59,881 nt of DNA, from IMG/VR virus record IMGVR_UViG_3300043958_000214; one strand, given 5' to 3'. The stretch comes from a virus. Below, piece after piece: positions 19,860 to 30,290 of this stretch. The position numbers and the translations under genes were made by a program. Position 1 is the first letter of the stretch; the number at the start of each line of letters is the position of its first letter. The notes under the pieces are model-generated. The model did no database searches. It had not been told where the DNA came from and saw nothing but the letters and a program-made list of their open reading frames with translations.

Positions 19860-20699
19860 TCACCCCGCGCATCCGGCGAGCACGTGTTCCATCGCCCGTT
19901 TCTCGGCAGGTGCGACGCTCAGGTCGTACTTGTTCTTGATGTGGACCTGGCGGGCGACGTAGGCGCATTGATAGGACGTGTTCGGGGGGAGCCATTCCGA
20001 GGCGTCGGAATCGCGTTTCTCGTTGTTCGTGGGCCCGTCGACGGCGAGCAGATTCTCTGGGTCGTTGGCGAGGTGCTGGCGCTGGTCCTGAGTGAGCGCG
20101 TCGGCGCCCGAGACCCACGCGTTTCCGAGGGCGACCACGTGGTCGATCTGGACCGCGGAGGAGGTCTTCGTCCCACGCTCGAAAGCGATCGTTTTCCCCG
20201 TGTAGGGGTCGTCGAGCGTTCCGGAGGCAACGACGCAGTGCTCCCGGTCCTTGTAGGTGATGTCGACGAGGTCGCGCGCGAGGATGTCATTGCGGGTATC
20301 GCACCCGTTGTCGTCGACGTCCATCCACGCTTCCCCGAAGTCCGCCTCCCTGTCGTAGGACGTCATGGTGCCCTTGGGGGCGACGTTGAGCGTGGCGAGG
20401 GTGTCGAGGCCCTCCTGATACGGCTGGGCGTCGTCCGGCCCCGCGGTGCTCGGCGCAGTGGCGTCGTTCCCGAGGTCCTGCCATGACAGTTTCCACCAGT
20501 CGTCCGCGGGGCCGCCGACGGACGGCGCGGCGACGGCCGGGGCGGAAACTTGGGCGTTTTCGTCCCCGACGCCTAAGCCTCGGGAAAGGAGGCTCCACAG
20601 CCCAGAACGCGTGGCGAACATGGCGATGAGGAGGAAGATCAGTCCGGCGACGAGCCACCTCACGTCGAGGTGGATCCTGCCGCTCGCCCTGTGGTTCAT
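19860..20699 (-). CDS. Membrane-anchored HNH endonuclease (DUF1524-type)
   Basis: GCDTRNDILARDL, DPYTG, QIDHVVAL, ANDPENLLAV, WLPPN; N-terminal TM helix. Confidence 0.9.
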   Translation of the reverse strand: MNHRASGRIHLDVRWLVAGLIFLLIAMFATRSGLWSLLSRGLGVGDENAQVSAPAVAAPSVGGPADDWWKLSWQDLGNDATAPSTAGPDDAQPYQEGLDTLATLNVAPKGTMTSYDREADFGEAWMDVDDNGCDTRNDILARDLVDITYKDREHCVVASGTLDDPYTGKTIAFERGTKTSSAVQIDHVVALGNAWVSGADALTQDQRQHLANDPENLLAVDGPTNNEKRDSDASEWLPPNTSYQCAYVARQVHIKNKYDLSVAPAEKRAMEHVLAGCAG

Positions 20700-20786
20700 C
20701 TGCCATCCATCCTTCGTCCGGCCCGCCCGCGTCTCACGTCTTCTCCCCTGTTGTGGAGCAGGGGGAAGCGCGGCGCACGGCTGCGG

Positions 20787-20939
20787 CTAGGCCGCCGAGT
20801 TCAGCCACTCCTCGATGAGGGCGTCGAGCACTGCGGCGGCCTCAGGGTCTTCGAGATCGTCGAGAGGGTCGTCGTCATCAACACGATCGTCGGTGACCAG
20901 TTCGCCGAGCTCTGGTTCGCTGAACTGCACAAAAGCCAC
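20787..20939 (-). CDS. 50-aa highly acidic protein (not in the ORF track)
   Basis: GTG start after GAAAGG; reads MAFVQFSEPELGELVTDDRVDDDDPLDDLEDPEAAAVLDALIEEWLNSAA; directly downstream of the ArdC-like gene. Confidence 0.5.
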   Translation of the reverse strand: MAFVQFSEPELGELVTDDRVDDDDPLDDLEDPEAAAVLDALIEEWLNSAA

Positions 20940-20975
20940 GATGGGCCGCCTTTCTGCCGGGTCTGGGTCGACCTA

Positions 20976-22085
20976 TCAATGCGTCGACCGACGGCGTTTG
21001 GCCGGACGCTTCTTCCTTCCGGAGCCGGGAAGCGAGCCGCCTCTCACGTCAACGTTGCGGAATCCCCCGCCCTTGAGGAGTTCCATGACGCCACGATCCA
21101 CACGGCCAGCGGCCTTCTCGACCACCTCCGGGTCGTGGCTCGCCTGCGACCAGCCTTTGAGGTACTGGGCTGAGGCGCGTTTCCCCGCCTGATCATCGAA
21201 GCCGTTGGCCCGGTCGAGGACATAGCCAATGGACTCGGCCTCGACCTCCATGACGCCGCGGTGCTCCGCCTTCCGGTACTCCGCAAGATGCTCAGGGTCC
21301 AGGTGGCCGGCGACGATGTGGCCGAGCTCGTGGGACAGCGTGGCCGCGCGGTCCGGGATGCCCAACCGCGAGTCGATGACGATCGAGCCGAGACTAGGCG
21401 CGCCCGTCCCCCCTCCACCAGACGGTGGGCGGGTGAACCCGCGCGCCTCAGAATCGATCTCCTCATAGACGACGGGGAACCCGCGGCGCGCGGCTTCCAC
21501 CTCCAGGTCCTCGATGTAGCCGTCAGGGGGTGTGGCGCACAGGTGATCCCAGCCGCTCGGGATCGGGTCGCCTTCGGTCTGGGAGACGTCGAAGACGGAG
21601 GCGGTCGTGAAGCCGACGCACTTCCGTGTCTTCACGGGCTTTCCGTCCTCGTCGAGGACGGGCGCGCCTCCCTCATCCGTCTCATCGACCCGGACCGTTT
21701 TCGGAGCGAAGATCTGGATGCCCTTCTCCCCCGCTTTGACGTGGCGGCCGAGTTCGCTCCACGTGCGGAATCCGCCGACCATCCCGGTCCCGCCCTGTAG
21801 AGCGATCAGGAGACGGTTGTTGAAGGAATAGTGGTGGAACTTCGCCATGGCATCGAGGTAGGACTGCCACTCGGCATCCCCATCGAGGGCGTCGACGGCG
21901 TCGCGAAGCTCCCCGCGGAAGGCTTCGAGCTTCTCCTCCATCGTGTCGTAGCGGGTGTGGAAGACGTCCTTGGGGTCGAGGCAGACGCCGAGCGGATCGC
22001 AGTGGTTCTGGGAGGCGAACTGGCCGGCGTTCCCAGGCTGCCCGCGTTTTACTTTGGATTCGTCGAAGGTCGTTGCACTGCTCAT
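20976..22085 (-). CDS. ArdC-like ssDNA-binding domain + zincin metallopeptidase; divergent leader
   Basis: FHHYSFNNRLLI, GFRTWSELGRHVKAGEKG, VFDVSQTEG (ArdC-N); HELGH..EVEAES..YLKGW (MPTase); N-terminal FDESKVKRGQPGNAGQF. Confidence 0.88.
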   Translation of the reverse strand: MSSATTFDESKVKRGQPGNAGQFASQNHCDPLGVCLDPKDVFHTRYDTMEEKLEAFRGELRDAVDALDGDAEWQSYLDAMAKFHHYSFNNRLLIALQGGTGMVGGFRTWSELGRHVKAGEKGIQIFAPKTVRVDETDEGGAPVLDEDGKPVKTRKCVGFTTASVFDVSQTEGDPIPSGWDHLCATPPDGYIEDLEVEAARRGFPVVYEEIDSEARGFTRPPSGGGGTGAPSLGSIVIDSRLGIPDRAATLSHELGHIVAGHLDPEHLAEYRKAEHRGVMEVEAESIGYVLDRANGFDDQAGKRASAQYLKGWSQASHDPEVVEKAAGRVDRGVMELLKGGGFRNVDVRGGSLPGSGRKKRPAKRRRSTH

Positions 22086-22106
22086 ACCCTTCCTTGTGCG
22101 GGCGAA

Positions 22107-23855
22107 TCACGCGTACATGGACGCCCCCAGGCGCATGGAGGACTGAGAGAGCTTGTCGTGTGCGGACGCGATCGCCGCACCGTCCCCCGCGTCTATGGCC
22201 GCGCGCAGGGCATCGAGATCCCGCTGGACTTCCTCGCGGAGGTCCTGCGGCGCGGACGCCTGGGTGTCTCGCAGGAGTTTCCCCGCGGAGTAGGCGGCGC
22301 CTTCCGCCCGGGAGCGGGTTTCCGCCTCCTCCAGGCGCGCCCGATCCTCGGCGGCGTGCTCTTCGGCCTCCCTGGTCATCCGGTCGATTTCCGCCTTGGG
22401 AAGACCGGACCCGCCGGTGACCTTCACGTGGCGTTCAGCCTCGGTGGCCTTGTCGCGCGCCGAGACGGAGACGATTCCGTTGACGTCGATCTCGAAAGTG
22501 ACCTCGATCTGCGGGACGCCGCGCGGGGCAGGCGGGATGCCTGTGAGTTCGAAGTCCCCGAGCAGCTTGTTGTCTCGGGTCATGGGGCGCTCGCCCTGGT
22601 AGATCTGGAGGAAGACGGAGTCCTGCCCGTCATCGGCGGTGGAGAAGACCTGGCTGGCGCGCGCAGGGATCTGCGTGTTACGAGGGATGACGACAGCCAT
22701 CTGCCCACCGGAGGTCTCGATACCGAGGCTCAAAGGCGTGACGTCGACGAGAATGACGTCGCGGCGCGCCCCCGAGACGACGCCGCCCTGCAGGGCGGCC
22801 CCCACGGCGACGACCTCGTCGGGGTTGACTCCCCGGCTGGGTTCCTTCCCCGCCAGTTTCTCGACGAGGTCGGCGACCGCGGGCATGCGGGTGGACCCGC
22901 CGACGAGGACCACGTGGTCGATGTCAAAGACCGCGACGTTCCCGTCGCGCAGAGCCTGCTCGAAGGGGGCGCGGGTGCGTTCAAGCAAGTCGGAGGTCAT
23001 ATCCTCGAACTGGGCGCGGGACAGTGCTTCGTCGACGTGGACGGGTCCGGAGGGCCCGGCGCCGACATATTGCAGGGAGATCCTGGTCGACGTGGCGTTG
23101 GAGAGTTCCTTCTTCGCCTGCTCGGCCGCCTCCTTGAGGCGGGACATGGCGACGGGGTCGCTGGAGAGGTCGACCCCGGTCTTGGACTTCACCTGGCCAA
23201 CCAGCCAGTCGACGACGCGCTGGTCCCAGTCATCGCCGCCGAGGCGGTTGTCGCCGGCGGTGGCGATCACCTGAATCGCGGAGAACCCGTCGTCGTCCTT
23301 GCCGACCTCAAGGAGAGACACATCGAAAGTGCCGCCACCCAGGTCGTAGACGAGGATCCTCTCGTCCTGCTTCGCCTTGCCGAGCCCGTAGGCCAGGGCG
23401 GCCGCGGTGGGCTCGTTGACGATGCGCTGGACGTCGAGGCCGGCGATCTGGCCGGCGTCCTTCGTGGCCTGGCGCTGCGCGTCGTTGAAGTAGGCGGGGA
23501 CGGTGATGACCGCGTCGGTGACGGGCTCGCCCAGGTAGGCCTCCGCGTCCCGCTTGAGCTTCATGAGGATCTGCGCGGAGATCTCGGGGGCCGTCCACCG
23601 CTTCCCCGCGGCTTCGGCCGCCCACGACGGGTCCCCCATGCGCCGTTTCACGGAGATCACGGTGCCGGACGGGTTCGTGGCCGCCTGGCGCCGCGCGGTC
23701 TCCCCCACCACGATCGAGCCGTCCGCGTCGTAAGCCACAACGCTGGGGGTGGTCCGGGCTCCTTCCGCGTTCACCAGAACCTCCGGTTCATCCCCGGAGA
23801 GAATCGCCATGCAGCTATTCGTCGTACCCAAGTCGATGCCGAGCGTTCGTCCCAT
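22107..23855 (-). CDS. dnaK: Hsp70 chaperone DnaK (C-terminal tail short)
   Basis: [63 protein letters not shown]. Confidence 0.97.
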   Translation of the reverse strand: MGRTLGIDLGTTNSCMAILSGDEPEVLVNAEGARTTPSVVAYDADGSIVVGETARRQAATNPSGTVISVKRRMGDPSWAAEAAGKRWTAPEISAQILMKLKRDAEAYLGEPVTDAVITVPAYFNDAQRQATKDAGQIAGLDVQRIVNEPTAAALAYGLGKAKQDERILVYDLGGGTFDVSLLEVGKDDDGFSAIQVIATAGDNRLGGDDWDQRVVDWLVGQVKSKTGVDLSSDPVAMSRLKEAAEQAKKELSNATSTRISLQYVGAGPSGPVHVDEALSRAQFEDMTSDLLERTRAPFEQALRDGNVAVFDIDHVVLVGGSTRMPAVADLVEKLAGKEPSRGVNPDEVVAVGAALQGGVVSGARRDVILVDVTPLSLGIETSGGQMAVVIPRNTQIPARASQVFSTADDGQDSVFLQIYQGERPMTRDNKLLGDFELTGIPPAPRGVPQIEVTFEIDVNGIVSVSARDKATEAERHVKVTGGSGLPKAEIDRMTREAEEHAAEDRARLEEAETRSRAEGAAYSAGKLLRDTQASAPQDLREEVQRDLDALRAAIDAGDGAAIASAHDKLSQSSMRLGASMYA

Positions 23856-23883
23856 GGCCCCACCTATGCGGAGGGGGCGGCAC

Positions 23884-25200
23884 TCACGCATGGACGGTGG
23901 CGAGTTCGGCCCAATGGGTGGTGGCCCGGTTGGAGAGCATGTCGCGGCGCATCTGCCAGTCAGGCGGATGTTTCAGGCCGGCGAGGCCAAGCCCGACAGC
24001 GTCACGCCCCAGCGCGGCGTTGACGCGGTCGATGAGGTCCCCGAGCCGGCTCCCGTGCTCGTCGGGCTGGAAGAGGGGCAGCATGGGCTCCGCACCCCGT
24101 TGGGCGAGATCGCTGACGCTGATGCCGGCTCGCACGTACCGGTTCCCGGGGATCATGCGCGGCAGGATCATGCGGGTGGCCGCCCTCATCACGGAGACCG
24201 GGTCATCGGTGCGCTCCGGGAGGGCGGCGGCCTCCCCGATCTGGTGAAATGCCTGAGAGCGGTCATGCCAACTGGTGGCGGCGAACGCGTACACGCTCCC
24301 CGCCACCGACCCCTGCTGGCGTAGGCGCCGTGTCACGTTCTGCGCGTAGATGCTGAGGACCTGGTGCATGGCCTCGGTGCCGGTCACCGGGGTGGAGAAG
24401 GACCGGGAGAACATGACTTGTCCGCGCCTTTGCGAGTCCCGTTCCTCGATCTCGATACAAGGCGTGCCCCGAAGCTCCAGGACCGTGCGCTCCACGTTGA
24501 CGGAGAACCTGCGGCGCATCGCCATCGCGTCGGCGTCACGCAACTGGCGGGCTGTCACGATCCCCAGGTCTTCAAGCCGGGCGCACAGGCGCCGTCCGAT
24601 CCCCCACAAGTCCCCCACCGGCGTCGCCGTGAGAATAGCGTCGAGGCGCTCAGGCCCATAGGCGTCCAGGCTCGCCACTCCCCCAAGGCCCCTCGAGCGC
24701 TTGGCCCCATGGCTGGCGAGCTTGGCGAGCGTGCGGGTCGGCGCGATACCCACGGAGACGGGGATGCCCAGGTCGTGGCGGACCCTCTCCCGGATCGCCC
24801 GCGCCTCGCCCACAAGGCCCTGCGGAGAGCCGTGCAGACGCAGGAACGCCTCATCAATGCTGTACACCTCCACGGCGGGAGTGAAACCGCCCAGGATCTC
24901 CATGATCCGCCGTGAGATAGACCCGTAAAGCTCGTAGTTGCTGGACCGGGCGACCACGCCCATCCTCTCGGCCTGCGCGCGGATCTTGAACCACGGCACG
25001 CCCATCTCGATGCCGAGAGCCTTCGCCTCGCGGCTCCTGGCGACCACGCACCCGTCGTTGTTCGACAAGACCACGATCGGGCGCCCTTCCAGCTCAGGAT
25101 GGAAGACGCGCTCGCAAGCGGCGAAACAAGAATCCACGTCGACGAGGGCGAACCGGCTCACCGGTGCAGGTGATGCAGGCACGTCGTCACCACCCCCCAC
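23884..25200 (-). CDS. umuC: Y-family DNA polymerase V catalytic subunit
   Basis: [53 protein letters not shown]; start may be slightly downstream. Confidence 0.93.
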   Translation of the reverse strand: MGGGDDVPASPAPVSRFALVDVDSCFAACERVFHPELEGRPIVVLSNNDGCVVARSREAKALGIEMGVPWFKIRAQAERMGVVARSSNYELYGSISRRIMEILGGFTPAVEVYSIDEAFLRLHGSPQGLVGEARAIRERVRHDLGIPVSVGIAPTRTLAKLASHGAKRSRGLGGVASLDAYGPERLDAILTATPVGDLWGIGRRLCARLEDLGIVTARQLRDADAMAMRRRFSVNVERTVLELRGTPCIEIEERDSQRRGQVMFSRSFSTPVTGTEAMHQVLSIYAQNVTRRLRQQGSVAGSVYAFAATSWHDRSQAFHQIGEAAALPERTDDPVSVMRAATRMILPRMIPGNRYVRAGISVSDLAQRGAEPMLPLFQPDEHGSRLGDLIDRVNAALGRDAVGLGLAGLKHPPDWQMRRDMLSNRATTHWAELATVHA

Positions 25201-25589
25201 ACGGTCAGGTCTTCGGGGCGCAGGACGGGGTACGCCGGGTTCTCTGGGCGCAGCTCGGGCTCGTCCGCTGTCAGGTTCAGGCGCTTCACTGTCATCTCCC
25301 CTTCGACGACAGCGATCACGATGTCCCCGTCCGCCGGGTCGAGGGAGCGGTCGACCACCAGCTCATCGCCGTCACTGATCCCCGCCCCCACCATGGAGTC
25401 CCCCACTACCCTGACCACGAACGTGGCCGGCCTGTTTCGAATGAGGTGCTCATTCAGGTCCAGGTCACCCGAAAAATAGTCCTGGGCAGGGCTCGGCCAC
25501 CCTGCAGGCACCGCCTCCCCACCCACTGGGATGGAGGCCACTGCGGTGAGGGGCGCAACGGGCCGCACCGAATCCACGAGGTCGAACAT
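25158..25589 (-). CDS. umuD: UmuD-like S24 autopeptidase
   Basis: [32 protein letters not shown]; start MFDL. Confidence 0.92.
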   Translation of the reverse strand: MFDLVDSVRPVAPLTAVASIPVGGEAVPAGWPSPAQDYFSGDLDLNEHLIRNRPATFVVRVVGDSMVGAGISDGDELVVDRSLDPADGDIVIAVVEGEMTVKRLNLTADEPELRPENPAYPVLRPEDLTVWGVVTTCLHHLHR

Positions 25590-25597
25590 GTGTTCGA
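25582..25597. promoter_or_regulatory. LexA (SOS) box overlapping the umuD start
   Basis: TCGAACATGTGTTCGA matches the actinobacterial TCGAAC-N4-GTTCGA consensus; CATACT -10 lies 7 nt before the ATG. Confidence 0.9.
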
Positions 25598-25643
25598 GTA
25601 TGTGCGCGCCCATAGGCACATGCAACACAGCAGGTGGCGCCGT

Positions 25644-26312
25644 TCAGGCGGCGCCCTCGCCGGCGAGGCGTTCCTTGGTGTAGATCTCGGGGAGGCGGCG
25701 GGTGAGGTCGTCGAGGCGCGGCCACGCGACGGGGCGCCCCGCTTGGCGGCTGGCCGTCACGTCGAGGACGCGCTGGTTGGAGGATCCGCGGAACTGGAGG
25801 CGTGAGTCGGCGAGCTCCTTGATGTAGCGTCCGTCGACGAGGACGTCGACCAGGGACAGCAGCCGCGCCTTGTCGGGGGTCTCCCCGGGGCGTGCGAGTT
25901 CTTCCCACGTGTACCCGGTCCAGCACCAGATGTCGCGGGTCTCCCCGAACTCGGCGCGCACGCGCCGCGCCAGTGGGATCAGCAGGGGCGTGTTGAGCAT
26001 CGGTTCCCCGCCCAGGAGGGTGAGTCCTTGGACGGCCGGATGGGCGAGGTCGGAGAGGATCCGGTCTTCGAGTTCGCGGGTGTAGGGCTGCCCGGCGCGG
26101 AACGTCCAAGCCGAGGAGTTCCAGCAGCCGTCGCACCGGAAGGGGCATCCGCTGACGTAGAGGGAGCAGCGGATGCCCTCCCCGTCGGTCATGACGAAGG
26201 GCTTGTAGTCGGCGATCATGCCCTGGGACAGGCGCCGTCCGTCCCAGCCGCCGGCCCCGGGGTTGGCGGAGCCGGCGTAGGGGATGCCTGGGCCGAGGTC
26301 CGGGCTCATCAT
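25644..26312 (-). CDS. nrdG: Anaerobic ribonucleotide reductase activase
   Basis: DGEGIRCSLYVSGCPFRCDGCWN radical-SAM motif, LGGEP, FRGSSNQR; ATGA overlap with nrdD. Confidence 0.95.
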   Translation of the reverse strand: MMSPDLGPGIPYAGSANPGAGGWDGRRLSQGMIADYKPFVMTDGEGIRCSLYVSGCPFRCDGCWNSSAWTFRAGQPYTRELEDRILSDLAHPAVQGLTLLGGEPMLNTPLLIPLARRVRAEFGETRDIWCWTGYTWEELARPGETPDKARLLSLVDVLVDGRYIKELADSRLQFRGSSNQRVLDVTASRQAGRPVAWPRLDDLTRRLPEIYTKERLAGEGAA

Positions 26313-28678
26313 GACGGCTGGCCCGTCGTCCACTCGCGGGTCGTGCCGTCGGGCCGGGTGACGTGCCCGGTCAGGCCGGACACGTGCTTCGCGCGGTGGG
26401 TGATCTCCTCGTGGCGGCCGTGGACCATGGGGCGTTGGACCGGGTTGCCCAGGTATCCGCAGGTCCGCTTCGTCACGTCGCACCTGTCAGGGTCGCTGTT
26501 GCCGCACTCGGGGCAGCGGAACCCGTCGTCGGTGGGCTCGAAGTCGCCCTCGAACCCGCAGGCGTAGCAGTGGTCGATCGGCGTGTTCGTGCCCAGGTAG
26601 CCGATCCCGATCCGGTAGGCGTAGTCCCACACCGCCTCCAGCGCCTTCTTGTTCTGCTGCAGGGAGGGGAATTCGCAGTAGTGGATGAAGCCGCCCGCGG
26701 CGTACCGGGGGAAGTCGACCTCGTAGTCGAGCTTCTCCATCGGGGTGGGCTTGAGCCACACCGGGTAGTGGAAGGAGTTCGTGTAGAAGTCGTGGTCGGT
26801 GATGCCGTCGACGACGCCGAAGGCCTGGGTGTCCATGCGGTTGAAGCGGTCGGTGAGGGACTCCGCGGGCGTGGAGTAGACCGAGTAGTGGTAGCCCTCG
26901 GCCGCCTCCCACTCCCGGCACAGGTCGCGCATGCGGGCCACGATCGACAGGGCGAACTCGCGCCCCTCCGGATCCCAGTCGTGATCGCGGATCCAGTTCC
27001 TGCCGTAGAAGGCGGCGACCGTCTCGGCCAGGCCGATGTAGCCGAGGCTGATCGTCGCTCGCTTCCGGTTGAAGAGCTGGTCGACGTCGTCGTGGGGCCC
27101 GAGCCGTCCGAAGGCGCCGAACTGGTAGAGGCTGGGGGCGGCCACCGGCTCGGTCTGCTTGCAGCGGTCGATGCGGAACCGCAGCGCCTTGTGCGCCAGG
27201 GCCGCGCGCTCCTCGAAGATCTCCCAGAAGCGGTCCTTGTCCGCGTGGGACTCGAGCGCGATGCGGGGCAGGTCGATGGTGACGACGCCGAGGTTCATGC
27301 GTCCCTCCTCCACGTCCTCCCCGGTCTCGGGGTCGGTCCAGGCGTGGAGGAAGGACCGGCAGCCCATGGGGGCCTTGAAGGAGCCGGTGATCTTCTCGAT
27401 GTTCTCGTAGAACAGGACGTCGGGGTACATGCGCTTCGTGGAGCACTCCAGCGCCAACTGCTTGAGGTCGTAGCTTGGGTCCCCGGGGTCCGCGTTGACG
27501 CCGTGGCGGATGGCGTAGGTGAGCTTCGGGAAGATGGCCGTGCGCTGCTCGCGGCCCAGCCCGCGGATCCGGATCAGGAAGATGGCGCGCGTGATCTCGC
27601 GGGCGAACCAGGAGGTGCCCAGGCCGAAGCCGACCGTGACGAAGGGGGTCTGGCCGCTGCTGACCCGGTTGGAGTTGATCTGGTACTCCAGGGTCTGCAT
27701 GGCGTCGTAGATGGACTTGCGGGTGAGGATCTTGGCGTAGATCTCGCGCAGCTGGACCAGGCGCGGGGCGTCCTGGGTGAAGGGCTCGTCGTCGGGCAGC
27801 GGAGCGCGGTCCTCGATGTGCAGCCACCCCGGCTCGCGCGACTTGAGCGTGGCGACGATCCTCTCGGCGGCTGGGACGCCGGTGGCCTCGGGGATGACGA
27901 TGAGCGCCATGTCGAGATGCTTGGCGTAGTCGAGACGGGCGTAGGGCTCGAGAAGCTCGTCGGCCCGGTTGACGGTCTGCCCGCCGTACTGGCTGCTCGC
28001 GACATCTTTGATGATCTGCGTGATCTGCGTGGTGGCAGTCCCAATCGAGCGGGGAGACTCCATCTTCGCGTTGCCCAGTTCGAACCCGTTGGCGAGCATA
28101 TCCGCGAAGTCGGGCAGAGAGCAGTTCGTCATCGACGTGAACGGCGAGTAGTCCAGATCATGGAAGTGGATCTGCCCCTTGAGGTGCGCGTTCGCGACGT
28201 CGGGCGGCAGCTGGGACAAAGCGGTCGCCTTGGACACGGAGCCCGCCAACAAGTCCCTCTGAGTGGCGAAAACGCGGCTGTCCTTGTTCGCATTCTCGTT
28301 GACCAGGGACTCATCGCGAGACGTCAGACGCAGGACGGCCTCGCGGACATCTCCGGCCTTCGTCCGCTCGATATCGCGGTGGAGCCGGTAGGACGTGTAC
28401 GACTGGGCGACGTCGTACTCGTGGGCGTCAACCAGGGAGCGCTCGACGAGGGTCTGGATCTCGGCGATACGCACAGGACCGGACGTGGGGTCCTGGACGC
28501 GTTCGGTCACGCGCGCGACGATGTCGGCGGCGACCCGTTGGCGCTTCGGGGTCAGTCGCTGTCCAATGTCGTGGTAGGCGGCCCGGATCGCCGCGGTAAT
28601 TCGCTCGGGGTCGTAGGCGACAAGCCTTCCGTCCCGCTTCTCGATGGCGCGGCTACGTGGCTCGGTGTTGCTGCTCAT
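26309..28678 (-). CDS. nrdD: Anaerobic (class III) ribonucleoside-triphosphate reductase
   Basis: ATP cone (KRDGR), NENANKDS, MGCRSFL, TNSFH, CYAC..CPECG, RTCGYLG glycyl-radical motif. Confidence 0.97.
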   Translation of the reverse strand: MSSNTEPRSRAIEKRDGRLVAYDPERITAAIRAAYHDIGQRLTPKRQRVAADIVARVTERVQDPTSGPVRIAEIQTLVERSLVDAHEYDVAQSYTSYRLHRDIERTKAGDVREAVLRLTSRDESLVNENANKDSRVFATQRDLLAGSVSKATALSQLPPDVANAHLKGQIHFHDLDYSPFTSMTNCSLPDFADMLANGFELGNAKMESPRSIGTATTQITQIIKDVASSQYGGQTVNRADELLEPYARLDYAKHLDMALIVIPEATGVPAAERIVATLKSREPGWLHIEDRAPLPDDEPFTQDAPRLVQLREIYAKILTRKSIYDAMQTLEYQINSNRVSSGQTPFVTVGFGLGTSWFAREITRAIFLIRIRGLGREQRTAIFPKLTYAIRHGVNADPGDPSYDLKQLALECSTKRMYPDVLFYENIEKITGSFKAPMGCRSFLHAWTDPETGEDVEEGRMNLGVVTIDLPRIALESHADKDRFWEIFEERAALAHKALRFRIDRCKQTEPVAAPSLYQFGAFGRLGPHDDVDQLFNRKRATISLGYIGLAETVAAFYGRNWIRDHDWDPEGREFALSIVARMRDLCREWEAAEGYHYSVYSTPAESLTDRFNRMDTQAFGVVDGITDHDFYTNSFHYPVWLKPTPMEKLDYEVDFPRYAAGGFIHYCEFPSLQQNKKALEAVWDYAYRIGIGYLGTNTPIDHCYACGFEGDFEPTDDGFRCPECGNSDPDRCDVTKRTCGYLGNPVQRPMVHGRHEEITHRAKHVSGLTGHVTRPDGTTREWTTGQPS

Positions 28679-28804
28679 GATTTCTCTTCTCGATCGGTCC
28701 CACAGCGAGTTGCGGGGACCGTATTGTGTGCGGGGCAGCCCAGCAGTCTACGGATAGGTGGCGAGCAAAGATACGACCTGCGGACCTCGCGTGTGTGCCG
28801 CCTG

Positions 28805-29050
28805 CTAGTCCGCAGTCGTGACCCCGTGCGCGACCATCGCGCCCACGGCGTGGGCGTAGCGGCGGATGAAGGACAGTCGGGCGTCGAGCCTTTCGTGCTC
28901 GAACGCACGGACGACGCCTGACGCGACACCGATTCGCCCAGCGACCTCTTCTTCCGTGAGTCCGCGAGCGCGGCGTAGTGCGGACAATTCTGAGATGAGG
29001 GTGGCGTCGGCGGCGACAAGCGCGTCGGCGTGGGTTTTGATCGCGTTCAT
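28805..29050 (-). CDS. XRE-family HTH protein
   Basis: LRRARGLTEEEVAGRIGV..VRAFE..RRYAHAVG; TCACAAC-N6-ATG. Confidence 0.8.
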   Translation of the reverse strand: MNAIKTHADALVAADATLISELSALRRARGLTEEEVAGRIGVASGVVRAFEHERLDARLSFIRRYAHAVGAMVAHGVTTAD

Positions 29051-29194
29051 ACACCCGTTGTGAGACAGGGGGTCACGCTGGGCATGAGCCGGTTCCTCTC
29101 TTGGGTGCGGGGGTGGTTGAGGGCGCGACACATCCTTGCGCACGTCCCAACCTTGTTGACGCGTCAAAGGCGGATCCCCCACTTCGAGTGGGTG

Positions 29195-30193
29195 TTACGC
29201 GGCTGTACCGTCGATGGGTCGGCGTTCGAGGGCCGCTCTGTTGGCTTCTCGGGTCTTGTTCCACTTGTCGACGTAGGCCTCCGCCTCCTGGTAGAGGTCG
29301 AGGTAGGACGCCCACTCGAGACCCGTGTGGCGTTTCAGTGCCGGGGAGCAGTGGATCTGCGTGTCGGGCGTCACCCTGTAGGCTCGGATCTCCCGATCGT
29401 CGATGTTGACGATGAGGCACGCCTGGGACGAGCCGTAGAAGTGCATGTAGTGACCGACCTGGAGGACGTAGCCCTCGGGGATGTGGTTCTCCGACCATTC
29501 GTCGGGGAAGCTCGAGGTCTTGCATTCGACGACAGACTTCAAGGTGCCGCGTTTGGAGAGGGTGAAGCCGTCGAGGTTCGCGTGCGATAGGCCGCGCCTA
29601 TACGTCGTCTTATCCATGTAGACGGGCACGCCGAGAATCTCGGAGGCCAGATTGTCCAGGGCAGGCTCCCACGTGTCTCCGCGCCCGGTGGCGCCGGAGT
29701 GCTCCTGCGTCTGGGGCGACAAGTCGAGTTTGGACTCCCGGACCTGCTTGAAGTTCCGTTCCCCCCAGTGCTCGTCGACGTGCATGATCGAACCGACGTC
29801 GGATCCCCCGAGCGTGTGCTGGCGGGTCCGCAACCACTGAGCCGACCCCGACGGGTAGTGCCCCATCTCCTCGGCGCCCTCCGGCGGGGTGAGCTTGTAC
29901 TCCGGCGGCTCCTGGCCGAGCCGGGAAGCGGCGATGAGGGCCGCGTGCTCGTCCTTCACGGCATTGATCCGAGCGTCGAGGGCCTTGCGCTCCGCCGCGA
30001 GATCGCGCCGATGGCGATACTCCTCGTCGGTGAGTCCCCTCCTCCCCCACAACTGGTCGAGTTCTCGGCGCATCGCATCGCGTTGAGACAGGAGGGCCCG
30101 GAACTCCGGCGTGGAGAACGGGGGAAGGCTGTGGGCGGTGAGCACGTCGTTGATGTCGGCGGCGTAGATGAGCTGGGGCAGGATCGGTTCCAT
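29195..30193 (-). CDS. YqaJ/lambda-exonuclease-like protein
   Basis: WLRTRQHTLGGSD, RGDTWEP, ANLDG, VECKT, YVLQVGHYM. Confidence 0.88.
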   Translation of the reverse strand: MEPILPQLIYAADINDVLTAHSLPPFSTPEFRALLSQRDAMRRELDQLWGRRGLTDEEYRHRRDLAAERKALDARINAVKDEHAALIAASRLGQEPPEYKLTPPEGAEEMGHYPSGSAQWLRTRQHTLGGSDVGSIMHVDEHWGERNFKQVRESKLDLSPQTQEHSGATGRGDTWEPALDNLASEILGVPVYMDKTTYRRGLSHANLDGFTLSKRGTLKSVVECKTSSFPDEWSENHIPEGYVLQVGHYMHFYGSSQACLIVNIDDREIRAYRVTPDTQIHCSPALKRHTGLEWASYLDLYQEAEAYVDKWNKTREANRAALERRPIDGTAA

Positions 30194-30290
30194 ACCCTGT
30201 GTGTGCCACCAGCGGATGGGCGAGCGGACATGGGACCACCCACAGGGGTGTGCTATCCCAGGTGCCTATGCCCGGCGTTAGCATCGCTAT

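Noticed and set aside
21831-24023. 730-aa plus-strand ORF
   Set aside because: Antisense shadow of dnaK, a known artefact of high-GC codon bias
26363-28921. 852-aa plus-strand ORF
   Set aside because: Antisense shadow of nrdD
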